NCBI GenBank assembly: GCA_963847705.1
Contig: CAWKBC010000028.1
Location: 1 to 21,766 of the forward strand
Reading direction: 5' to 3'
DNA length: 21,766 nt
Origin: an uncultured Pseudomonadota bacterium
GTDB lineage: Bacteria > Myxococcota_A > Polyangia > Fen-1088
The notes beneath the pieces are model-generated. The model did not search any database. It saw only the letters and a program-made list of their open reading frames with translations, and was not told the DNA's origin. Both the position numbers and the translations under genes were made by a program. Each line of letters starts with the position of its first letter. The first letter of the stretch is position 1. Positions 1-8,310 of the stretch are shown one piece after another.

Positions 1-1
1 G

Positions 2-355
2 GCGGCGTATCCGACAACTGGCGGAGCTTCGCGCAGATCTTCGGACGGCGTGTCCGGGTCAGCTCAGCCGATCGGAGAGCCGGGTCTTTATCTCCGCCAC
101 CGCCGTCCGCCGGAGGAGATCGAGGTGCTGATGGACCGCGACGGGCCGGCCGCGCTGCGCGGCGCCGAGACGACGGCCCGCATCCTGGTCGCCGCCGGGC
201 CGTACCGTCTGTCGGGCGAATGGTGGCGAGACGCCGCGGAGGGGGGAAGCTGGGCGCGCGACTACTGGGACGTCCACGCTTCCGACGGCGCCGTCTACCG
301 GCTGCATCGCGACGGGCGCTCCGGCCGCTTTTATCTGGATGGCTATTACGACTGA
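2..355 (+). CDS. imuB: ImuB (inactive Y-family polymerase of the mutagenesis cassette), C-terminal fragment, 5'-truncated by the window
   Basis: The frame is open from base 2 to TGA at 353-355. The C-terminus GPYRLSGEWW...RDYWDV...GAVYRLHRD...FYLDGYYD matches the typical ImuB tail (GPERxxxxWW...RDY), and dnaE2 lies about 1 kb downstream. Confidence 0.85.
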   Translation, partial: AAYPTTGGASRRSSDGVSGSAQPIGEPGLYLRHRRPPEEIEVLMDRDGPAALRGAETTARILVAAGPYRLSGEWWRDAAEGGSWARDYWDVHASDGAVYRLHRDGRSGRFYLDGYYD

Positions 356-387
356 GCGGTTTCGACTATGATTTCCGCACTCCTTTG

Positions 388-1180
388 ATGCGTCCCTTCC
401 TCGTGCGTCTCGTCCTTGCCAATGTCCTGGCGAGCGCTCTCGCTGGCTGCTTTCTGGTGGGCTGCGCCAACCGCGGCATGGTCGCCCCCTCCGAAGAGAC
501 CGGCACCGGCGGCGGCAGCGGCGGGCTCCCGGCGCTCGGCGGCTCGGGCGGCGGCTCCACCGCCACCGGCGGCAAGGGCGGCGGCAGCGGCGGCAGCAGC
601 GGCTCGACCGGCAAGGGCGGCGGCAGCGGCGGCTCGAACGTCGACGCTGGCTGCAGCCTGGTGACCGACGCCCTCTTCGATCACTCCACCACCACCTGCA
701 GCGCGATGTTCAACTTCGAGGGGACCGGCAACCTCGAGGGGGCGACCCTGCTCGCCGGGAGCCAAGCCTTCACCAGTGTCTCGCAAGGGACGACGCCTCA
801 CACCTATTGCGGCGCTGGCTCGCTGGCCATTTCCGCCACCTTCAGCGGCACGAGCGGTGCCACCACCAAAGGCGAGGTCGACATCCCCCTCGGCGTCGAC
901 GGCGGCACGGCCAACTTGACCGGCAAGACCCTCACCGTCCATGTCTCGGCCAGCCCCGTGGTCTGCGGCGAGGATTCTGAGGCTCAAGGTCATCCTCGAC
1001 ACCACCAGCGGTTCGCCCGTCGCTCTCAGCATCAACGCCGTCACCTCGAACTTCACGACGGTCTCCGCCTCGCTGGCGACCGTCGCCGGCGCCGGCGCCA
1101 CCAACAAGCTGGCGATCGAAGCCTTCTCCACTTCCGGTTACACCGGCACGATCTACGTCGACGAGATCGACCTCGAGTGA
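388..1180 (+). pseudogene. Gly/Ser-rich lipoprotein with a beta-rich, CBM-like C-terminal domain; carries a +1 frameshift at about 976 (real lesion or sequencing error)
   Basis: ATG at 388 begins MRPFLVRLVLANVLASALAGCFLVGC (signal peptide with lipobox), then a GGSGG linker. Protein-like sequence switches frame at GAG GAT t CTG AGG CTC AAG. Removing one T gives a 263-aa ORF reading ...VCGEDLRLKVILDT...GTIYVDEIDLE*. A TATGAT -10-like hexamer sits at 367-372. Confidence 0.75.
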
Positions 1181-1182
1181 GC

Positions 1183-1349
1183 TCAGCGGCGCGGAGACTT
1201 CCAATAGTCGCGAAAAGCAACGAGCCTAGGTAGCGACTCTCGATCCTTCGCCCGGTTCGCGGCCCGACAGCGAACGCCGTAACGGGGCGAAGACGTCGCG
1301 GATCTCCTCCGCTTGCGCGTACTCAAACGACGTCGGCCGGCCTTGCCAT
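1183..1349 (-). pseudogene. Probable internally deleted remnant of a small nucleotidyltransferase-family gene
   Basis: The minus strand reads SFEYAQAEEIRDVFA, one extra C, then RYGVR-C-RAANRAKDRESLPRLVAFRDYWKSPRR* (TGA at 1185-1183). The two halves resemble, from memory, the N- and C-termini of a family of roughly 150-170-aa hypothetical nucleotidyltransferases with a C-terminal KxAAxRxKD motif. The middle is absent. The ATG at 1349 is out of frame by one base. Confidence 0.5.
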
Positions 1350-1352
1350 GAC

Positions 1353-1368
1353 CTGAACGTTTGTTCAG
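1353..1368. promoter_or_regulatory. LexA (SOS) operator, Myxococcus-type, overlapping a putative dnaE2 promoter
   Basis: The palindrome CTGAAC-GTTT-GTTCAG lies 12 bp upstream of the dnaE2 ATG. It fits 16 of 17 positions of the M. xanthus LexA consensus CTRHAMRYBYGTTCAGS. It lies downstream of TTGCCA (1343-1348) and overlaps CAGACT (1366-1371), which are spaced by 17 bp. Confidence 0.85.
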
Positions 1369-1380
1369 ACTACGACCATC

Positions 1381-4300
1381 ATGGCCGCGGTCTCCGAGTA
1401 TGTCGAGCTGCGCTGCCGCTCGGCGTTCAGCTTCCTCGACGGCGCATCGCTGCCGGAGGATCTGGCCGACGCGGCGGCGGCAGCCGAGATGGACACGCTC
1501 GCCCTCGGCGATCGTGACGGCGTCTACGGCGCGCCCCGCTTCGCCGCGGCGGCGCGCCGGGCCGGGATTCGCCCGCTGGTCGGCGCCGACGTCACCCTGG
1601 CGGACGGGCCGCCGCTGCTCCTCTTGGTGGAGAACAAGACCGGCTACCGGAACCTCTGCCGCCTCTTGACCCGCGCGCGCGAGGGGCTCGGCAAAGCCGA
1701 GCCGCCGCGCGTGACCCGGGAGCTCCTGGCCGAGCACGCGGCGGGGTTGATCGCGCTCGGCGGCGCGGCGCCCCGCGCGGATCTTCCGGGGCTCTGCGCG
1801 GCGTTCGGGCGGGCCAACGTCTACCTGGAGGTGCAGCGCCACCTGGACGCGCACGAGGCCTGGAATGAACGCGCGGTCGCGGCGCAGGCGGCGGCGACGG
1901 GCGTGGGGCTGGTGGCGACCAACGACGTCCGCTACGCCACGCCGCGGGCGCGCCTCACCCACGACGTCCTCACCTGCGCGCGCGAAAAGCGCACCGTCGA
2001 CGAGATCGGCCGCCGGCTCCTGCCGAACGGCGAGCGCTGGCTCAAGTCGCCGCGCGAGATGGCGGCGCTGTTCGCCGACCGCCCCGCCGCCGTCCGGGCC
2101 ACCCGCGCCATCGCCGAGCGCTGCCAGTTTTCGCTCGCCGAGCTCGGCTACAGCTTCCCCAGGTACGACGTGCCGGCGGGCGAGACGGAGCAGAGCTACC
2201 TGGAGAAGCTGTGCCAGGCCGGCGTCGGCCACCGCTACGCCGCGGACGATCCGCTGCGCCCGAAGGTGCGCGCGCAGCTGGCGCGCGAGCTGGGGATCAT
2301 CGGGCGGCTCGGCCTGGCCGGCTACTTCCTCTTGGTCTGGGACATCGTGCAGGTCGCCCAGCAGAAGAACATCATGATCCAGGGGCGCGGCTCGGCGGCC
2401 AACTCGGCGGCCTGCTACGTCCTCGGCATCACCGCCGTCGATCCGGTGAGGATGGAGCTGCTGTTCGAGCGCTTCCTGTCGGAGGAGCGCGTACGGAACG
2501 CCGGCAACATCGCCGACCGCATGCCCGACATCGATCTCGATCTGCCGTCGGGCGAGGCGCGGGAGCAGATGATCCAGCACGTCTACGCCAAGTACGGGCG
2601 GCGCGGCGCCGCCATGACCGCCAACGTGATCACCTATCGCCCGCGGATGGCGGTGCGCGACGCGGGCCGCGCGCTGGGGTTCTCCGAGGAGCAGCTCGGC
2701 CGCATCTCCAAGCTGCTCCCCGGCTGGATCGCCGGCGAGGATCGCCCGCTCACCGACTACTTCGAGATGGCGGGGTTCTCGCCGCGCGAGCGGCGGACGC
2801 GCCTCGCCGCGCGGGCCGCCACCGCGCTCTGCAATCTGCCGCGCCACCTCGGCCAGCACTCGGGCGGGATGGTGCTCTCGGGCGGTTTTCTCGACGAGGT
2901 GGTGCCGCTGGAGCCGGCCGCCATGAAGGATCGCGTGGTCGTCCAGTGGGACAAGGACGACTGCGCCGAGCTCGGCCTGGTCAAGGTCGACCTCCTCGGC
3001 CTCGGCATGATGGCGGTGCTGGCCGAGGCCTTTCCGCTGGTCGCGCGCCACGAGGGGATCGCCCTCGACTGCGCCAAGCTGCCGGCCGACGATCCCAAGG
3101 TCTACGCCATGCTGCGCGCCGCCGACACCGTCGGCGTGTTCCAGGTCGAGTCGCGCGCCCAGATGGCGACGCTGCCGCGCATGAAGCCGGAGCGCTTCTA
3201 CGACTTGGTCGTCGAGGTGGCCATCATTCGTCCTGGCCCAATTGTGGGCAAGATGCTGAACCCCTACCTCGAACGGCGCAACAAGCGCGCGGAGGTCACT
3301 TACCCGCACCCGTCGCTGGAGCCGATCTTGAAACGGACGCTGGGGATCCCCCTCTTTCAAGAGCAGCTCATCCGGATGGCGATGGTGGCGGCCGGGTTCA
3401 CCGGCGGTCAGGCCGACGAGCTGCGCCGCGCGATGGGCTTCAAGCGCTCGCACGAGCGGATGGACACCATCGAGAAGGATCTGCGCGCCGGGATGACGAA
3501 GAACGAGATCACCGGCCCGGCGCAGGAGGAGATCGTCCAGGGGATCAAATCCTTCGCGCTCTACGGGTTCCCCGAGTCGCACGCGGCGTCGTTCGCGCTC
3601 CTCGCCTACGCCTCGGCCTACCTCAAGGCCCATCACCCGGCGGCGTTCCTCTGCGCGCTGCTCAACAACTATCCGCTCGGCTTTTATCACCCCTCGACGC
3701 TGGTCAGCGATGCCGTCCGCCACGGCGTGAGCGTCCGCGCGATCGACGTGACCCGCTCGGGGTGGCTCGCCGATCTGGAGGACGGCGGGCGCGCGGTGCG
3801 GCTCGGCCTGCGCGCGGTGAGCGGCCTTCACGAGGAGCTCGGCAGGAAGATCGAGGAGGCGCGCCGCGTGGCGCCGTTTGCCTCGCTGGCGGACTTCGCC
3901 GCCCGCAGCGGCGCCGATGCTCACGCCGGCGCACTCTCTCGCCTGGCGGAGATCGGCGCCCTGGCCGAGCTGGGCGGCGAGCGGCGGGCGGCGCTCTGGC
4001 AGGTGGAGGCGCTGGGACGCTCCGGCGCGTTGTTCCGCAATGCAGCCACGGCCGACGAGAACCCCAGCTCGCCGTTGCCCGAGATGTCGGCCGAGGAAGA
4101 GCTGGCCGCCGACTACGCCGGCACCAACCTGACCATCGGGCAGCACCCGGTCGCCTTCGCGCGCGCCGCCCTCGACCGTCAGGGGGTCACGCGCGCCGCC
4201 GATCTGGGAACGGTGCCGGGAGGGCGGCGCGCACGGGTGGCCGGCGTGGTGATCGTCCGCCAGCGGCCGGGGACCGCCAAGGGGTTCGTCTTCATCACCG

Positions 4301-4503
4301 TCGAGGACGAGACCGGCTTCGCCAACGCCATCGTCACCCCCGACCGCTTCGAGCAGCACCGGCAGATCATCCTCGGGGTGAGCGCGCTGATGATCGAGGG
4401 GGTGGTCCAAAATCAGGACGGCGTCGTGTCGATCAAGGCCGATCGCTTCGAGCCGCTGGGCGGACGCGCCGCCGCCATCGACGTGTCACACGACTTTCAC
4501 TGA
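1381..4503 (+). CDS. dnaE2: Error-prone DNA polymerase DnaE2 / ImuC (Pol III alpha family)
   Basis: 1040 aa. Contains a PHP-like N-terminus (SAFSFLDG), GRGSAANS, catalytic PDIDLD and KVDLLGLG, YGFPESHA, an OB fold (RQRPGTAKG...EDETG) and the DnaE2-diagnostic C-terminal S[R/H]DFH motif. Confidence 0.97.
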   Translation: MAAVSEYVELRCRSAFSFLDGASLPEDLADAAAAAEMDTLALGDRDGVYGAPRFAAAARRAGIRPLVGADVTLADGPPLLLLVENKTGYRNLCRLLTRAREGLGKAEPPRVTRELLAEHAAGLIALGGAAPRADLPGLCAAFGRANVYLEVQRHLDAHEAWNERAVAAQAAATGVGLVATNDVRYATPRARLTHDVLTCAREKRTVDEIGRRLLPNGERWLKSPREMAALFADRPAAVRATRAIAERCQFSLAELGYSFPRYDVPAGETEQSYLEKLCQAGVGHRYAADDPLRPKVRAQLARELGIIGRLGLAGYFLLVWDIVQVAQQKNIMIQGRGSAANSAACYVLGITAVDPVRMELLFERFLSEERVRNAGNIADRMPDIDLDLPSGEAREQMIQHVYAKYGRRGAAMTANVITYRPRMAVRDAGRALGFSEEQLGRISKLLPGWIAGEDRPLTDYFEMAGFSPRERRTRLAARAATALCNLPRHLGQHSGGMVLSGGFLDEVVPLEPAAMKDRVVVQWDKDDCAELGLVKVDLLGLGMMAVLAEAFPLVARHEGIALDCAKLPADDPKVYAMLRAADTVGVFQVESRAQMATLPRMKPERFYDLVVEVAIIRPGPIVGKMLNPYLERRNKRAEVTYPHPSLEPILKRTLGIPLFQEQLIRMAMVAAGFTGGQADELRRAMGFKRSHERMDTIEKDLRAGMTKNEITGPAQEEIVQGIKSFALYGFPESHAASFALLAYASAYLKAHHPAAFLCALLNNYPLGFYHPSTLVSDAVRHGVSVRAIDVTRSGWLADLEDGGRAVRLGLRAVSGLHEELGRKIEEARRVAPFASLADFAARSGADAHAGALSRLAEIGALAELGGERRAALWQVEALGRSGALFRNAATADENPSSPLPEMSAEEELAADYAGTNLTIGQHPVAFARAALDRQGVTRAADLGTVPGGRRARVAGVVIVRQRPGTAKGFVFITVEDETGFANAIVTPDRFEQHRQIILGVSALMIEGVVQNQDGVVSIKADRFEPLGGRAAAIDVSHDFH

Positions 4504-4604
4504 GACCGTTTCCCGACGGTGACCCGGTCGACGGCGCCGGTTGACGGAGCCTCTTGTCGTGCGCACAACCAGGGGAGGATCGCCGGACGTGCGACCCCAA
4601 CTTC

Positions 4605-5939
4605 ATGACAGCATCCGCTCTCGCTGCAATCTGGATCGCCGCGCTGCTTCCCGGGACCGCCGTCATCGTGCTGGTGCTGGTCAAACGCGCGGCCACCTCG
4701 CGTGACCAGCACAACCGCACCGACGATGCGCAGCCCAAGCCCGGCGCGGTCCCCCCCCCGGCGGCGCACAACGACGGCGGGCAGGACGGCAACGGCACCG
4801 ATCTGTCGCATGATCTCCTTCTCCTGCGGATGAGCCACGATCTCCGCAGCCCGCTCGGCTCGCTGGTCACGCTCTGCCAGCTGCTGGTCGAGGGGGACGC
4901 CGGCCCGCTGTCGATGAAGCAGCGCCAGTACGTCGAGGTGATCCGCCGCAGCGGCCAGTCGGTGCTGGGGCTGGTCGATGACATCTTGGATCTCGCGGCC
5001 GTCGAGTCGGGCCGGAGCGAGATCGACGTCGACACCCTCGACCTGCCGGCGCTGGTGCGGCAGGTCGCCGACAGCCACGAGGCCGCCGGCCGCGAGAAGG
5101 GGATCCCCATCCAGGTGAGCCTGCGGCGCGAGTCGCTGCCCGCGTCCGCCGACGAGAAGCGCCTCCGCCACCTGCTCGAACGCATGGTCGAATACCTGCT
5201 GTCGACCACCGAGCACGGCTACGTCGAGATCGCCGTCGACGACGCGGCGGACAAGGCCGTGGTCCGCGTGCGGAACACCCACGACGGCCTCTCCGAATCG
5301 GCCCGCCGCACCCTGGCCCTCGCCTATCAGGACGGGCAAGATGGGGATGACAGCGACGAAGGCTCCGTGCCGTTGCCCATCGCCATCGCCGCTCGCCTGG
5401 CCCGGCGCATCGGGCTTCCCATCGGGGTCCGGACCGGCAACGAGGAGGGGCTGAGCCTCGAGCTGGCGGTCCCCCTGGCCGAGGCCGGCGCGCGCGTCTC
5501 GCCGGACGCGGCGCGCCCCCGGCATGCGGCGGGAGCCAGGATCCTCCTCATCGATGACGACTCCGCAGAGCGGTCGCACGTCACCGCCCGGCTGGAAGAG
5601 GGCGGCTACGCGGTGACGGCGGCGTCGTCCGGCGGCGAGGGGCTGGCGCTCTTGCGCGACGGCCATTTCGACGCCGTGGTGCTGGACCTGGTGATGCCGG
5701 GGATGAGCGGCCTCGAGGTGCTGCGCGCCGCCCGCGCCGACGAGCGGCTGGCCGTGCTGCCGTTCGTGGTGCTGTCGGCCCTCTACATCACCCGGAGCGA
5801 GCGGAGCGTCCTCGGCCCGGCGGTCGCCAGCGTCGTGCGCAAGGGGGATGGCACCGCCGACGAGCTCCTGCGCGCGCTCGACCGCGCGCTGGCCCCCGCC
5901 GCGCAGCCGCACGCGATCGGCGACGGCCGCCATGCCTAA
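4605..5939 (+). CDS. Membrane-anchored hybrid histidine-kinase-like protein (HisKA + degenerate HATPase + receiver)
   Basis: Likely start is ATG 4605 (the ORF track starts at 4554). One N-terminal hydrophobic helix, H-box MSHDLRSPL, and a C-terminal REC domain (ILLIDDD...VVLDLVMPGMSG...LSA...RK). N, G1 and G2 boxes are not recognisable. Confidence 0.85.
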   Translation: MTASALAAIWIAALLPGTAVIVLVLVKRAATSRDQHNRTDDAQPKPGAVPPPAAHNDGGQDGNGTDLSHDLLLLRMSHDLRSPLGSLVTLCQLLVEGDAGPLSMKQRQYVEVIRRSGQSVLGLVDDILDLAAVESGRSEIDVDTLDLPALVRQVADSHEAAGREKGIPIQVSLRRESLPASADEKRLRHLLERMVEYLLSTTEHGYVEIAVDDAADKAVVRVRNTHDGLSESARRTLALAYQDGQDGDDSDEGSVPLPIAIAARLARRIGLPIGVRTGNEEGLSLELAVPLAEAGARVSPDAARPRHAAGARILLIDDDSAERSHVTARLEEGGYAVTAASSGGEGLALLRDGHFDAVVLDLVMPGMSGLEVLRAARADERLAVLPFVVLSALYITRSERSVLGPAVASVVRKGDGTADELLRALDRALAPAAQPHAIGDGRHA

Positions 5940-6795
5940 CCGCGCGCGCCGCCCGCGGCGCCTGGTCTACCCGGCCATTGGCGTCCTGCTGTCGGTCGGG
6001 CTGGTGCTGGGGCTCCTGGCGCTGCAAGTGTGGGTCGACGGGGTCGGACACCGCGCGTCGAGCCCCGGACGCCCCTGGCGCGTCACGGACGAGCTCCGCC
6101 GGCAGCCGCTGGTCTACGGCTATCTGCTGGCGGCGACGGTGGCGCTCACCACGGTCCTCGGGTGGGTGGTCGGGCGGAAGGAGGATCTGCTGGAGGCGCT
6201 GTCGGTCACCGACCCGCTGACCGGGCTGGCCAACCGCCGGCGCCTCCTGGCCGCCTTCGGCGACGAGCTCAATCGCAGCGCCCGCTACGGGACCCCCCTG
6301 GCCCTCCTGCTCATCGATCTCGATCGCCTCAAGGAGATCAACGATCGGCGCGGGCACGCCCAGGGGGATCGCGCGCTGCAGCTGGTGGCCGAGAGCCTGC
6401 GCCGGAGCTGCCGGGCCACCGATCTGGCCGCACGGACCGGCGGCGACGAGTTCCTGGTCCTCGCGGTGAACACCAGTGCCGGCGAGGCCTTGGCGCTCGC
6501 CCACCGGGTGTGTGCGACGGTCCGCCGCCTGGGGGCCGCGGGGAACGAGAAAGAAGCGGGGAGAGAGAAAACCGTGCCGCCGCCCGAAGTGACGGTCTCC
6601 ATCGGGGTGGCCGACCTCGACGACATCACGCTCCCCACCTTCCTGTCACTCCATGCCGCCGCCGACGCGGCGCTCTATGCGGCCAAGGCCGCGGGGCGTG
6701 ATCGCGTGCTCGCCGCACCGCCCCGCTCCGACCCAGGCGCGCGCCCGTCGCCCGCCGACCGAAGGTCGGCTACATTCCGGCAGTCGCCGCCTTGA
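5932..6795 (+). CDS. Membrane-bound diguanylate cyclase (GGDEF)
   Basis: ATG 5932 overlaps the upstream stop (ATGCCTAA). Two hydrophobic segments, then TDPLTGLANRR, DLDRLKEIND, I-site RATD, an intact GGDEF and ADAALYAAKAAGRDRV. Confidence 0.93.
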   Translation: MPNRARRPRRLVYPAIGVLLSVGLVLGLLALQVWVDGVGHRASSPGRPWRVTDELRRQPLVYGYLLAATVALTTVLGWVVGRKEDLLEALSVTDPLTGLANRRRLLAAFGDELNRSARYGTPLALLLIDLDRLKEINDRRGHAQGDRALQLVAESLRRSCRATDLAARTGGDEFLVLAVNTSAGEALALAHRVCATVRRLGAAGNEKEAGREKTVPPPEVTVSIGVADLDDITLPTFLSLHAAADAALYAAKAAGRDRVLAAPPRSDPGARPSPADRRSATFRQSPP

Positions 6796-6845
6796 CGACG
6801 ACCCCGGACAGCTCCAGTTAATCCGCTGTAGAGTCTCGAAGCGAA

Positions 6846-8238
<1,393 letters not shown>

Positions 8239-8240
<2 letters not shown>

Positions 8241-8304
8241 GCCAAGAGCAGGCCAAGAGCAGGCCAAGACCAGACGAAGACCAGCCGAAGCGTAGGCGGA
8301 GACT
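8239..8304. repeat. Degenerating 11-bp tandem repeat between convergent genes
   Basis: Six consecutive units: AGGCCAAGAGC, AGGCCAAGAGC, AGGCCAAGACC, AGACGAAGACC, AGCCGAAGCGT, AGGCGGAGACT. Confidence 0.8.
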
Positions 8305-8310
8305 CCTCCT

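Noticed and set aside
220-1233. 337-aa ORF as a single gene
   Set aside because: It is a composite: the N-terminus overlaps imuB out of frame, and the Arg/His-rich tail after about 976 is read-through from the frameshift.
1200-1335. Possible structured ncRNA or riboswitch (CTTCGCCC/GGGCGAAG, GTTCGC/GCGAAC and AGTCGC/GCGACT stems)
   Set aside because: It matches no RNA family I recognise. Short stems are common at this GC content, and the region is better explained as a coding remnant. An Rfam/Infernal search would settle it.
1350-4410. 1075-aa minus-strand ORF (1183..4410) and 777-aa alternative-frame ORF over dnaE2
   Set aside because: These are shadow ORFs of a high-GC gene with no recognisable motifs. 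Only the last ~35 codons of the minus ORF look real, and they belong to the remnant described above.
4751-4759. C9 run in the hybrid kinase gene as a frameshift or phase-variable site
   Set aside because: The frame is intact through it (VPPP), joining the TM helix to the H-box. There is no evidence of a shift.
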